Below, one piece after another: positions 17,204 through 26,528 of a stretch of DNA of 64,000 nt; position 1 is the stretch's first letter, and every line of letters starts with the position of its first letter. Below the pieces are notes generated by a model. It saw only the letters and a list, made by a program, of their open reading frames with translations, had not been told where the DNA came from and ran no database searches. The stretch is from positions 62,001-126,000 of the IMG/VR virus record IMGVR_UViG_3300043418_000072; one strand, 5' to 3'. The position numbers and the translations under genes were made by a program.

Positions 17204-18189
17204 TCTGGATATGCCTTTGAAAGAAAGTCTACGTAGTTTTGCAAGTTGTCGCTGATGCGTTTCAATTCGTACTTGCCGCAAAATTTAAGAAACTTTGTAC
17301 CAATTTGTGCTACATCTTTTGGAACACTGTTAGTTGCAATAGTTTCTGCAATTTGCAGTTTAACATCGTCGGGTTGGGCAGTCAAGTCAATGAGTGTGAC
17401 GTTTCGGTTGTAGTCATCCAACACCTTGTGCTCGACCCCATTATGGTCGACCCAACGTTGCAACATTAGATTGTTCCACGCGAACCCTTTAGCCTCACGA
17501 TCCCCGAACGCCTCCTCGAGTCCAACCTTATTTTTTGTACCCTTGGTCCGTACTCCCGGGTAGGCCGAGAAGACGTTATCGCTAGTGTCGCCGCGCATAC
17601 ACTTTTCGAAGAGAATCCACTTAGGGTCCGGTATCTTTTTGGGTTCTTTAGTTTTCTTATCTTTGACTGGGGCACCTTTCGCATCGAAGATACCTTTGAT
17701 TGTGTGGAGCTCATCGCTAATCCCGTTATATTGTTGGACATTTTCTGACAGTAACTGGTAGAAGTCGCTGTCACTACTAACGATTGTGTGTTGATCTTCT
17801 GGGTGGGCTTGGATGAAGCCGGCAATCAAATCATCGGCTTCCAAGTTAGGGTGTTGCAGGATTGTGCAGTTGCTTTTCTCAATAAAGAAAGTTTTAAGTT
17901 CGTCGAAACTTTCCCAGAACAGCTTTTCTTCTTCTTGCTCGGCTTCGGTAAGTGCAGCACGAGCCACAGTACGATTGGCCTTGTACGGAGTATAGTAACC
18001 TTTGCGCCAGCTCTTGCCTTCTAAGCAGATGATAACGTGGTCTGCTTTTTGTTCACGGAACGCTTTGCCGATGCTAGCCAGGGTAACGTGGATAGCAAAA
18101 CCCAATCGGTCCCATGTATCAGCTTGTCGATGTGCCGCATGTCGTGCGCGGAAGAAAGTGTTTGCAGTGTCTACGATTAAATATTTCAT
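17200..18189 (-). CDS. rnh: T4-type RNase H / 5'-3' flap exonuclease
   Basis: YLIVD, YKANR, EADDLI, SSDSDFYQL and RGDTSDNV acidic motifs. Start moved to MKYLIVD. Confidence 0.85.
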   Translation of the reverse strand: MKYLIVDTANTFFRARHAAHRQADTWDRLGFAIHVTLASIGKAFREQKADHVIICLEGKSWRKGYYTPYKANRTVARAALTEAEQEEEKLFWESFDELKTFFIEKSNCTILQHPNLEADDLIAGFIQAHPEDQHTIVSSDSDFYQLLSENVQQYNGISDELHTIKGIFDAKGAPVKDKKTKEPKKIPDPKWILFEKCMRGDTSDNVFSAYPGVRTKGTKNKVGLEEAFGDREAKGFAWNNLMLQRWVDHNGVEHKVLDDYNRNVTLIDLTAQPDDVKLQIAETIATNSVPKDVAQIGTKFLKFCGKYELKRISDNLQNYVDFLSKAYPE

Positions 18190-18194
18190 GTGTA

Positions 18195-18223
18195 ATAATA
18201 GCACATTGTGCCAATAACGTCAA
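18195..18223 (-). promoter_or_regulatory. Sigma70-type promoter
   Basis: TTGACG-17 nt-TATTAT ending 5 nt before the ATG, so possibly leaderless. Confidence 0.6.
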
Positions 18224-18229
18224 TGTGTG

Positions 18230-19324
18230 TTACGCCCAATTATTGAGCATAAAGTACCATTCTTCAGTATAACCCCTACGCAACCAAAATAGACTGCGCT
18301 CAGTTAAGCTCATTTGGTATTCTTTTGCTAGCTTATGTACTGAGTGCTGTCCTCCAGTTTCGGTTTCTTGATTGACACTAAAGAAAGTCTTGGACCTAGA
18401 ATTGATAATGTCTAGATAGTTACGCACATGCTCAATTGCCATTTCGGGCATACTGTCAGTGTTAACTACACAATCAAAATGGGCAGTATCTGTTGCAATT
18501 TGATCTGGGGTCAGCCAACGAATCGCTGCGGTACCAGATTCATTTGGTAACAACAAATGCTCTTTACCTAAGTTTGCAGATAACTGATATGCTTGGCAAA
18601 TGATAATAGTGGGTAGATCTACCATAGTAATATTGCGATGCCCCATTAGGTGCAGCCAATAGGGAATATATCCACCACCGCCACCGATTTCCATAATAGC
18701 TGCATCAGCAGTAGGGAATCGTGCATGTATCTTATGTGCTAGATAGAGTGAAGTAAGGTCTCGCTCGCCCATGATACCAATATTAGTGTTTAACCCATAC
18801 AGACCTCCTTGCCACTTTAGTGGACGGTAGCCCGGTACATTACTTGATAGTAGATATGCGAGGGTGTCAATTGGCACAGATAATGCAACTGGACCTTGTT
18901 CGGGATTTTGCACAGGAACGATAGCCAGGTACTCGCATACTCCAAGTAATACGTCCCAGATGCGATTGCAAATCTGTTGTGCAATAATTTGGTCACTGCG
19001 GATATTGTTTGCTGACCAATCACCTTGTGTAATGCCGTGCATTAACGGAGTATCATGAAAGTGATTGAGGTAGTTGTGTGCATCGCGTAACTGATCGTTA
19101 AGCAAGTAATTCATTAGAACTGCGTGATTAGCAGAATGTCCGTTCCACATCGCACCATAGTTATGCAATGTAGATTGGGATTTGGCAAAGGCTGCAAGCC
19201 TTGACATAAACTCTTCATCGTATTCACATGTGGTTTTGCCCCATGCACCAGTTGGTGTAACTGGCATTCCGCTACGAGCAATTTCTAAGTTTCTAGTTGG
19301 TAATAATGCAAATTGTTCTCTCAC
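18230..19324 (-). CDS. Putative sugar O-methyltransferase (SAM-dependent)
   Basis: MEIGGGGG, VDLP and VNTDSMPEM motifs. The GTG start overlaps the upstream TGA. Confidence 0.65.
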   Translation of the reverse strand: MREQFALLPTRNLEIARSGMPVTPTGAWGKTTCEYDEEFMSRLAAFAKSQSTLHNYGAMWNGHSANHAVLMNYLLNDQLRDAHNYLNHFHDTPLMHGITQGDWSANNIRSDQIIAQQICNRIWDVLLGVCEYLAIVPVQNPEQGPVALSVPIDTLAYLLSSNVPGYRPLKWQGGLYGLNTNIGIMGERDLTSLYLAHKIHARFPTADAAIMEIGGGGGYIPYWLHLMGHRNITMVDLPTIIICQAYQLSANLGKEHLLLPNESGTAAIRWLTPDQIATDTAHFDCVVNTDSMPEMAIEHVRNYLDIINSRSKTFFSVNQETETGGQHSVHKLAKEYQMSLTERSLFWLRRGYTEEWYFMLNNWA

Positions 19325-20034
19325 TGCAATCCTTGAATATGTGGTATTAGGTAGTTGGCCCAAGCGGCATGTGCGTCCTTACCATAATGGTACGAGTGTT
19401 CACTAACTGTTTTGTATCCATTGTCCCTTAACCAATGGAAGTATGTACTGTTTTCGTCATATGGGTTGATGTAATTGTTACCCCAGTTGTATCTAGGCAA
19501 ACTGTTTAGTTTTACATGTCCAAAGTAACTGTAGGTGTTGAAGAACAGGTGCTTAATACCTAAGCTGTTGAGCTTTTGATGGTAGTCCCATATACGCTTA
19601 TGCCACGTTAGCTCATTGTTTGCGTATTGCTGCTCCCTGGATATCACCCACTGTTTGTATTTGTTGCGTAACTCGAGCGGTACGTGGTCAGTTCCGCTTG
19701 CGCTAATTTGATAGTATACACTGTTGTGCAGCCACTCTTCACGCTCCCACGTCGTCCATCCAATTAATAATACTAGATCCTTGATATCGCTGGTTTCAAG
19801 GAAGATATCTGTTGTGCGAATGATACGGTCGTTACTACCGCCGCTTTCGCCTTGGTTGATCCAACTGCAATCGAGCTGATCTGCAATCTTCTTACTGTAG
19901 CTAACTGCAATATTGTCTCGATGGCCGTGTCGGTTGGGGGTGTCCCAATACGCATGGCCATCGTTAGCAAACGCTGCCGGATTTACAGCCTCTGCCGCAA
20001 CACTGTGGCTGTCGCCATTAACATATAGAATCAT
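19321..20034 (-). CDS. SGNH/GDSL-like hydrolase
   Basis: NGDSHS, G.SNDRI and C-terminal H.G..AH motifs. Confidence 0.6.
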   Translation of the reverse strand: MILYVNGDSHSVAAEAVNPAAFANDGHAYWDTPNRHGHRDNIAVSYSKKIADQLDCSWINQGESGGSNDRIIRTTDIFLETSDIKDLVLLIGWTTWEREEWLHNSVYYQISASGTDHVPLELRNKYKQWVISREQQYANNELTWHKRIWDYHQKLNSLGIKHLFFNTYSYFGHVKLNSLPRYNWGNNYINPYDENSTYFHWLRDNGYKTVSEHSYHYGKDAHAAWANYLIPHIQGLQ

Positions 20035-20234
20035 AATTTCAATTGTATAAATGTAGCCATCTTGGGATCATCAAACCTTGCTACGGACCTTCCCTTGTTT
20101 GACGGATCACCGGGCCTAACGTCCCATCCATCGCCACCTATGCGATTGTGTAGGACAAACTTCCGTGGACCAACGTGCTTTTCTAACTGGTCAGCTAACC
20201 ACAAGTATCCGCAATCGATTTCTATTTCAACCAT
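20031..20234 (-). CDS. Hypothetical protein (small FxDxxxAxF family)
   Basis: C-terminal ARFDDPKMATFIQLKL. Confidence 0.6.
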   Translation of the reverse strand: MVEIEIDCGYLWLADQLEKHVGPRKFVLHNRIGGDGWDVRPGDPSNKGRSVARFDDPKMATFIQLKL

Positions 20235-20538
20235 TTGCTCTTACCAATTCAACAACCACTCGTAGTCGTTCTAACTCATCTGCCACTGCTGGGTTGTCAT
20301 AATAAAATGCGGCATCGTTTAACAGATTCATGATACTGTCGTGCCTCTCAATATCAGTTATCATTTGGTAAAGATACGTAGTCCCATCGGCCATGATATT
20401 AGCAATGGTGCCGCGTGGGCCACTAACGTGAATAAGGTCTCCTGCTCCCGGGGGACTAGAGAAGCTCACTGTGTTTTTAGCAGTAACATAGTCTATACCG
20501 GGTACTTGGAGCACTCCGTTTATGTGGACTGATATCAT
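20227..20538 (-). CDS. Hypothetical protein
   Basis: INGVLQVPGIDY...FSSPP resembles repeats of phage tail/baseplate proteins. Confidence 0.55.
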   Translation of the reverse strand: MISVHINGVLQVPGIDYVTAKNTVSFSSPPGAGDLIHVSGPRGTIANIMADGTTYLYQMITDIERHDSIMNLLNDAAFYYDNPAVADELERLRVVVELVRANG

Positions 20539-20786
20539 TCTGTGTACGCCGGATTAGGAAACTCTAGTTCAAAGATATGCCACGTTGGTTTTGTTATTCC
20601 GGCAGCAGTTGTATCTTTAAGAATTTCGAGTGTACGCATGTGTTCGGCTTCTTGTAGTGAGAGATAAAACCCAATGCCCATCGAAAGTGAGTTTGGCGTA
20701 GATGACGATACTCCGCTGATGTATGCGCCAGTCATTTTAAGAAGCTGGTATACCTTTATAGTTTTAGGGATCGGTAGGGATTCCAT
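20535..20786 (-). CDS. Hypothetical protein
   Basis: Operon-packed ORF. Confidence 0.55.
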   Translation of the reverse strand: MESLPIPKTIKVYQLLKMTGAYISGVSSSTPNSLSMGIGFYLSLQEAEHMRTLEILKDTTAAGITKPTWHIFELEFPNPAYTE

Positions 20787-21325
20787 TAGCTTACTTCTGT
20801 TTTTCCGCCACCTAAGTCACGACGGTCGATAACACGTGGCCGCATTTCTTCTGGTTGGTTAGCTTCCCATTGCTCATACTCTTCTGTGAGAATATTACGG
20901 CAAATGGTCTTGAACCAATTGTCGACAACATCGGCATCGGTTTTGCCTTGGTAGCCTGCACGTACTAATTTAGCAACAAAGATGTCGTTCCAATCTAGTT
21001 CAAATGCTCCGTTGCCAATATTATCAGTATCTAGCTCTACGCTAGTAATAGTCACATACGGGTCTCCTTTTGCTGTTGCTACATCCTTGGGACTCTTGCC
21101 TTTAACTGTTAGTTTAGCTTTTGCTGGGGTAGCAGGCTTCTTAGCAGGTGCCTTCTTAGGAGACATAGCACTAGTCATTTTATTGATTGTTGCATCGCTT
21201 AGTTTACGCTTTGCCGTCTTTGGTGTAGGTTCGGCTACTGTCTTTTTAGCGACTGTCTTTTTAGCAGTCACTGGTTTCTTAGCTGGTACTGTCTTTTTAG
21301 CAGTCACTGGTTTCTTTGTTGCCAT
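20786..21325 (-). CDS. Phage protein with histone-H1-like Lys/Ala-rich N-terminal repeats
   Basis: KKPVTAKKTV repeats; globular-looking C-terminus FELDWN..F...L...GY.G. Confidence 0.7.
   Translation of the reverse strand: MATKKPVTAKKTVPAKKPVTAKKTVAKKTVAEPTPKTAKRKLSDATINKMTSAMSPKKAPAKKPATPAKAKLTVKGKSPKDVATAKGDPYVTITSVELDTDNIGNGAFELDWNDIFVAKLVRAGYQGKTDADVVDNWFKTICRNILTEEYEQWEANQPEEMRPRVIDRRDLGGGKTEVS
21252..21316. repeat. Direct repeat: 29 nt identical, 36 nt period (coding)
   Basis: ACTGTCTTTTTAGCAGTCACTGGTTTCTT at 21252-21280 and 21288-21316. Confidence 0.85.
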
Positions 21326-21326
21326 A

Positions 21327-21557
21327 TTAAATTCCTTTTATCATCATTATAATCGCTTCGTGTCTGTGGTACCAACGATCTTCAATCACAGGCGTTCCCG
21401 GTCCTGTGATAATCCTACGCCCGCGAATGGACACTTCCATAAACATCCAGCGCCCTGTATTATAACACTTACGTGGCCAAGCACAGAACACGTATTTAAA
21501 ATGTGCCCTGTTATTGAACGGATCGTACATTTGCACACCCGGATCAAATCCCGACAT
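21327..21557 (-). CDS. Hypothetical protein
   Basis: Operon-packed ORF. Confidence 0.6.
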   Translation of the reverse strand: MSGFDPGVQMYDPFNNRAHFKYVFCAWPRKCYNTGRWMFMEVSIRGRRIITGPGTPVIEDRWYHRHEAIIMMIKGI

Positions 21558-21757
21558 TATCTCTTACCCCATTTAATTCGTAGCCATGCTCGTTCCATTG
21601 TGTATTGCACAATAGCCAATATAAAATGGATAGCTACTGCATCACCTAGCCCTGTCCATAGGGCAGTTATCAGTAATGCTACTAATCGATAAGTAACAGT
21701 CCGTGCAATAGTTCTAATGTGTGTTTCGCTCATTTCGTCTTTCGAATATTTCATCAA
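21557..21757 (-). CDS. DUF2061-like small membrane protein
   Basis: ETH.RT..RT.TYR...ER.W..I.WG pattern. Confidence 0.65.
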   Translation of the reverse strand: MMKYSKDEMSETHIRTIARTVTYRLVALLITALWTGLGDAVAIHFILAIVQYTMERAWLRIKWGKR

Positions 21758-21911
21758 AAACCGCTCTTAGCTCTGCATTGACTCGAGCAATAGCTTCGGG
21801 GCTGTTCTGCGCTTGCCACTCTGCGCTACGTTCCAGTCCTTGACCTTCCATAACGCAGGGGCAATGTGCTTCACCACATTGTGGTCCTAAACATGCACAT
21901 GGATTGGTCAT
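21714..21911 (-). CDS. Small Cys-rich hypothetical protein
   Basis: CACLGPQCGEAHCPC. Confidence 0.55.
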   Translation of the reverse strand: MTNPCACLGPQCGEAHCPCVMEGQGLERSAEWQAQNSPEAIARVNAELRAVFDEIFERRNERNTH

Positions 21912-22780
21912 GCTAGGCTCGCATATAAGTGCATTTGCAGGTTGAGTTTGAACCCATGCTCAATGCAATAGTGTGCAGCGTATTCATGGTTGGCCTGGTT
22001 GGCCTTCAAGTCTAACAAGCCCGGTTCCCAGAAGCTGATAACTTCATCAACTGTGCTGCGTTCAGCCATTGTGATGTTGCCTTTTTCTGCACGAAGCAAT
22101 TTGATCTTCTGTGGGAAACTGTTGTACACGTTCATTGGGCTGCAATAGATCTCTTTGCCTGTTGCTACTTTCCAGTCATGTGCCCACTGCGGTACGCTGT
22201 TATACGGACTGTCTGCATCTGCACTCATAACAAACTTCAAACAGTCTGCACGTTGCAAGATAGTTGCCGACGGCGCAAAGTATTTGGTAGCTTTACCATC
22301 TTTCTCGGCACACTTAGGGCTACACACTAGCGTTACACCAACAGGAACATCAGTAACAGGAATGCCGTTACTTTCGACTTGAACTGCCTTGAAATGTGCA
22401 AGTTGACGTGCCATAAATGCACTAATGTTCTCCTGCAGGAGCGGTTCGCCGCCAGTCATTACTAACACAACACCGGGATAGTTATTTAAACCATTGTTTG
22501 CCCATGTTGGTGTTGCTTTACCTTGCTTGTTCCAATAGTCGTTGATAGCTGCATACATTTTGCCTTCGATTTGATCGTAAGTCATCCAATCGCCGTCATC
22601 AAAAAATGTATCACAAAAACTGCATACTAGATTACATTTAGCCAATCGAATAAACAATGCGGGCATACCTGCATAAGGGCCTTCGCCTTGCAGTGTAAAG
22701 AACATGCTAGTTACAAACAAGCTGTCTGCCGGAGCATCCTTAAAATACTTCTTACCAATAATTTCATTTGTTCCAAACAT
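21908..22780 (-). CDS. queE: 7-carboxy-7-deazaguanine synthase (radical SAM)
   Basis: F.TLQGEG...G.PA.FIRL..CNL.CSFCDT, TGGEPLLQ, ESNG, SPK and Q.H motifs. Confidence 0.9.
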   Translation of the reverse strand: MFGTNEIIGKKYFKDAPADSLFVTSMFFTLQGEGPYAGMPALFIRLAKCNLVCSFCDTFFDDGDWMTYDQIEGKMYAAINDYWNKQGKATPTWANNGLNNYPGVVLVMTGGEPLLQENISAFMARQLAHFKAVQVESNGIPVTDVPVGVTLVCSPKCAEKDGKATKYFAPSATILQRADCLKFVMSADADSPYNSVPQWAHDWKVATGKEIYCSPMNVYNSFPQKIKLLRAEKGNITMAERSTVDEVISFWEPGLLDLKANQANHEYAAHYCIEHGFKLNLQMHLYASLA

Positions 22781-22781
22781 A

Positions 22782-23000
22782 TTATTTCATCAATCCTTGT
22801 GCTAGTGTTTTTAGTTCTTCGTCTGTCATTAGAAAATTGTATGTGCTAGTGAAGTCAACTTCTCCGTCGCGCATACATTCTTGAATAATCTCTAAGCTAT
22901 TTAGGTCAGTGGGACTAGTGCATTTCCACATACGCACTCGCATACGGAACGCAGTTTCGTCCTTAACTGTAAATTCTTTTACTTCGATGTTGGGGTGCAT
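22782..23000 (-). CDS. Hypothetical protein
   Basis: Operon-packed ORF. Confidence 0.6.
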   Translation of the reverse strand: MHPNIEVKEFTVKDETAFRMRVRMWKCTSPTDLNSLEIIQECMRDGEVDFTSTYNFLMTDEELKTLAQGLMK

Positions 23001-23272
23001 GAGTCGTCCTTAAAAATATTTGACCAGTGGTGTAGCTTTTCTCGCTTGGCAAGGATAGCAGCTTGTACGCTAGCAGCGTCAATCACTCCGCGCTCGTTTA
23101 GCAGTTCAATCATGCAAAGCACATCACCTATCTCTGTTTCTAGATTCTCTCGCTGTGTCTTACCAGACTTGTGAGAGTTATCTAGGCCAAATCGACGGGC
23201 TTTACTAACTGCTTGGATTACTTCTGCACATTCTTCTTGCAGGATGTCCATAATTTCTTGTTGTTTATTCAT
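22979..23272 (-). CDS. MazG-like nucleotide pyrophosphohydrolase
   Basis: LQEECAEVIQA...LETEIGDVL (EExxE...ExxD). Confidence 0.8.
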   Translation of the reverse strand: MNKQQEIMDILQEECAEVIQAVSKARRFGLDNSHKSGKTQRENLETEIGDVLCMIELLNERGVIDAASVQAAILAKREKLHHWSNIFKDDSCTPTSK

Positions 23273-24113
23273 CTTTAATCTTGTTATCCCTTACCCATTT
23301 GCCAAAGTGTACGCAATGGTCTTCGTATCGGTTCATGGCTTTCATTAATGGAAAGTAATTGCCTTTTTGTAATTCAGCAGTAGCAACATCTTCTTTGAAC
23401 ACTGTTTCTAGTGTCTCAAAGATAAACCGTCTGTCGGCACTTGCATTGCTATTGTAATAGAATTGTGTGATCCAGTCAAACCCGTATTCGCTCTTAATGT
23501 CATGTGGAATAACAGTATTAACCATAACCATTCCGTCACGCCCGTATTCAACAAACGTAAACGGGAAAATATACAACCACCAACCAGTAGGATGTGTTTG
23601 CAAGATCCAGCCATCACCTTGGTCCATCTGGATGTCACCTAAGTCCACTTGCTTTGACAAGAATGGATGGATACCATTTTGATGTACGTGCAACAGGTCT
23701 GCTTCTGCGTCCATTAACCAAAGCCAGCTACCCTTGCTCGTACCCTTGCAACTGTGGCTATATTCCAGCGCATCTTCAGCAGCTAGGTCTTGTACCCATG
23801 AATGATCGGGTTCCACAAAGTCCTTGAACACTAACCCACTACGCCCAACTTGTGCAGTTCCGCAGGTTAGTTTCTTGGGATTGTTTAATGGTGTACCGTC
23901 TACTGCCCATTTAAAGTCATGAAACTTACAATAGACTTCTTGTACTACTTCTCCGGGTGAGTGCATTGGGTACATGCGATGCGGACAAAATCTATGAAAC
24001 AAATTAGCAACTGTGTCTGTGCCTTGATTGAGAATAACTTCGGGCGTAACAAAGTTGCCTGCGCTCATCGCAGACTTATGCGCATAGATTTTTGGTATAT
24101 TTTTAAACATCAT
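23265..24113 (-). CDS. Rieske [2Fe-2S] non-heme iron oxygenase (copy 1)
   Basis: CPHR...CKFH Rieske ligands, DLLHV....IH and EDV mononuclear iron ligands. Start moved to MMFKN. Confidence 0.75.
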   Translation of the reverse strand: MMFKNIPKIYAHKSAMSAGNFVTPEVILNQGTDTVANLFHRFCPHRMYPMHSPGEVVQEVYCKFHDFKWAVDGTPLNNPKKLTCGTAQVGRSGLVFKDFVEPDHSWVQDLAAEDALEYSHSCKGTSKGSWLWLMDAEADLLHVHQNGIHPFLSKQVDLGDIQMDQGDGWILQTHPTGWWLYIFPFTFVEYGRDGMVMVNTVIPHDIKSEYGFDWITQFYYNSNASADRRFIFETLETVFKEDVATAELQKGNYFPLMKAMNRYEDHCVHFGKWVRDNKIKDE

Positions 24114-24286
24114 TGATTCCAATGCTTTATCACGCCCGCTACAATAAAGCAGTTGGTTATGACGTAGCACATTACGATGGCAGTTCGAATGCAGGCAATA
24201 CGGTCTGCTTCTGCATCCGAGCTGCCTGCTTTTTCTCCTAGGGCCTTAGCCCATAGATGCCAAAATTTACGCAAATAGGTCTTCAT
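24110..24286 (-). CDS. Small phage membrane protein
   Basis: W.LWAKALGEKAG..D.EAD.IA.IRT plus one transmembrane segment. Start moved to MKTYLRK. Confidence 0.6.
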   Translation of the reverse strand: MKTYLRKFWHLWAKALGEKAGSSDAEADRIACIRTAIVMCYVITNCFIVAGVIKHWNQ

Positions 24287-24767
24287 TCCATTCACGGTGG
24301 CCGTCACGGTATGCCATGTTGCTTTGTGTTTCACGAACTTCCACGCGGTAACACCACAAACGAGCTGCTTCATGTGGGCCCCACATTTCTGGAATGTAAA
24401 CACCATTCACATACTTGTACAGCATGTCACTTAGTGCTTCGCATCCTAGTGCAGGCAACACAACAATCTTGGCCATGCCCTTCTCTTGTAGCAGTTTGAA
24501 TGTCTCCATTTCTGGATCATCTTGTGCAACGATAAGAGTGTGGTCAAATTGATCTTCGAGTGTCTTCTTTAGTTCTTTAAGTCCACCGTAATCAGCGGCC
24601 CAGTTACGAACGTCTAGGTCATTAGTTCCAAAATAGAACTTCATGCTAAATGCGTAGCCGTGAATCTTATTGCAGTGCGAGTCAGCACGCCATTGTCTGT
24701 ATGCAACAGGAAATGCGTTATGGTACTCTTTAGTACTTGTATATTTGTATTGAACGGGTGTCGTCAT
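24267..24767 (-). CDS. queD: 6-carboxytetrahydropterin synthase
   Basis: HC.KIHGY, DYG.LK....DQFDH and VEVRET motifs. Confidence 0.88.
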   Translation of the reverse strand: MTTPVQYKYTSTKEYHNAFPVAYRQWRADSHCNKIHGYAFSMKFYFGTNDLDVRNWAADYGGLKELKKTLEDQFDHTLIVAQDDPEMETFKLLQEKGMAKIVVLPALGCEALSDMLYKYVNGVYIPEMWGPHEAARLWCYRVEVRETQSNMAYRDGHREWNEDLFA

Positions 24768-24769
24768 GC

Positions 24770-24840
24770 TTATTCTCCTATGTTAAATTTTAGCATAGGC
24801 AGCAGAATTTGTATAGCGGGATGATGCTCTAAAGGCCGCT
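24770..24840 (-). promoter_or_regulatory. Candidate preQ1-I-like pseudoknot/riboswitch and RBS-sequestering hairpin upstream of queD
   Basis: P1 AGCGG/CCGCT, loop AGCA pairing with tail TGCT, A-rich linker; a CCTATG/CATAGG hairpin covers part of AGGAG. Confidence 0.45.
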
Positions 24841-25677
24841 GAACTTATTGAGTAGTGTATCTCTATTTATAAAGAACGCTTGGTGCTCTGGGTTTTTACC
24901 TAACTTACTCAAACTCTTTTTAATAATAAATTCAAGTTCGGGCAATTGGTAAAAGTTGAAAAAGGATGATTGTATTTTTGATCTGCAGAGAATACCATAC
25001 AAGTCAGCTTTTGCTATTTGGGTGTTCTTAGTTGTGTCAAGCTCCCTAACCAGTGCAGCAAATAATTCGGGAGTGTATGAGAAAAATGCACCGGGATGCT
25101 TAGATCCGTGTACCACATCTAAAAAATAATCGTGGTCAGTTAACTCAACTAGGTCGCCAATGGGTTCGTAAAAAGTAGATGAAACATGAACCGGATCGCC
25201 GTACCCTGTTAATACACAGGCGTTGGGCAGTAAGTCTGCAACAATGTTTACAATCAAAGAACGGTCAAATGGCAAACAATGTTTATGGGCATGTGCAATA
25301 AGCATTTTAACTAATTCAGTATGCTTTTCTTTCCCGCTAAAATCTAATACTAGCGGGGTTAGGTTATTATCTTGGCAGAATTTATAAGCATACCAATTCT
25401 CTGATTCAACATAGTCAGCAGCCACTATCACCGGAGTGAACGCGATACTGTTTCTAACTAACACTTTAGCCACAAACTCGCTATCAAGGCCGCCACTTAA
25501 ACACAGGTGCAGGTTGGCGTACTTGTCTGCAACCAACTGTGCAGTATAATCAGCAGCATCATCAAATGACATTACCGCCGGGGTCGCAGTTGTTTCAAAT
25601 GCAAACGGTGATGTTATATTCCCGGGGCTATTATTTTCTAAGTTAATAGATGCCCACTCATTGTGTCCAATTTTCAT
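24829..25677 (-). CDS. PP-loop (SGGxDS) adenine nucleotide alpha-hydrolase-like protein 1
   Basis: LSGGLDSE motif; C-terminal HPGAFFSYTPEL. Confidence 0.7.
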   Translation of the reverse strand: MKIGHNEWASINLENNSPGNITSPFAFETTATPAVMSFDDAADYTAQLVADKYANLHLCLSGGLDSEFVAKVLVRNSIAFTPVIVAADYVESENWYAYKFCQDNNLTPLVLDFSGKEKHTELVKMLIAHAHKHCLPFDRSLIVNIVADLLPNACVLTGYGDPVHVSSTFYEPIGDLVELTDHDYFLDVVHGSKHPGAFFSYTPELFAALVRELDTTKNTQIAKADLYGILCRSKIQSSFFNFYQLPELEFIIKKSLSKLGKNPEHQAFFINRDTLLNKFSGL

Positions 25678-26528
25678 CTCAACAGTAACTTAATCAATTG
25701 GTCTTTGTGCCACGTGAGTGCAGGGAAGAAACTATACATACCTACGCCTGCAAATTCCGCTAACTGTTTCCTAACTGCTAACGAAATTGGTAGTGTTGGA
25801 TTCGTGTCCTTGGGTTTGTACGGAAGACTATACAATTCAGCCTTGCCTGCAGATTCGCTTACGTTGACATTAAGCGACTTTGCTATTGCAAGGAACAGCT
25901 CTGGTGTATATTGGAAAAATGCGCCAGGATGTACGCCGGGCTGCATAAACTCGGTAATAAACGAAAACCACTCAATGTCGAATATCTCCCCAGCTGGCTG
26001 ATAGTAGTCATCAGTGTGAGCCCCGATTGGACTATCGCCCACTAACAGTTGGCCGCCTTTGTTGCTAACGTATTCAGCTAAGTAGGATACTATGTTAGTT
26101 AGCCCCGACACTTGCTTCAGGTCTTTTGCAATTAATCTAAACTGGCGTACCAGCCTTGGATCATTCTCAATAAAGGTGAGTATAACTGGTTCTATGTTGT
26201 GTAGTTTGCACCAATGTAATGCGCAATGAGTTTCAACGTTGTCTGGCGTTATTGCAATTATTGGAGTAAACGAGATACCGTTTCGGAATAATACTTCAGC
26301 AACATAGTCACTATCAAGGCCTCCGCTCATTGCTAAGTAGAGATTGCTACATCGATCATTAATTAACTTAGCAGTATAATCGGCGGCCTCATGGAATGTT
26401 AATGTATCGATGACCTCTGTGTGATTAAAGCTCATACTAACTGTTGACAACCTAGGGTGCTCGACTGCTATTAATGTAACTGAATACCAGTTACTGTGTC
26501 CAGCATTGATCGTTACTGAGTGCGACAT
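25674..26528 (-). CDS. PP-loop (SGGxDS) protein 2
   Basis: MSGGLDSD and HPGAFFQYTPEL. Confidence 0.7.
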   Translation of the reverse strand: MSHSVTINAGHSNWYSVTLIAVEHPRLSTVSMSFNHTEVIDTLTFHEAADYTAKLINDRCSNLYLAMSGGLDSDYVAEVLFRNGISFTPIIAITPDNVETHCALHWCKLHNIEPVILTFIENDPRLVRQFRLIAKDLKQVSGLTNIVSYLAEYVSNKGGQLLVGDSPIGAHTDDYYQPAGEIFDIEWFSFITEFMQPGVHPGAFFQYTPELFLAIAKSLNVNVSESAGKAELYSLPYKPKDTNPTLPISLAVRKQLAEFAGVGMYSFFPALTWHKDQLIKLLLR

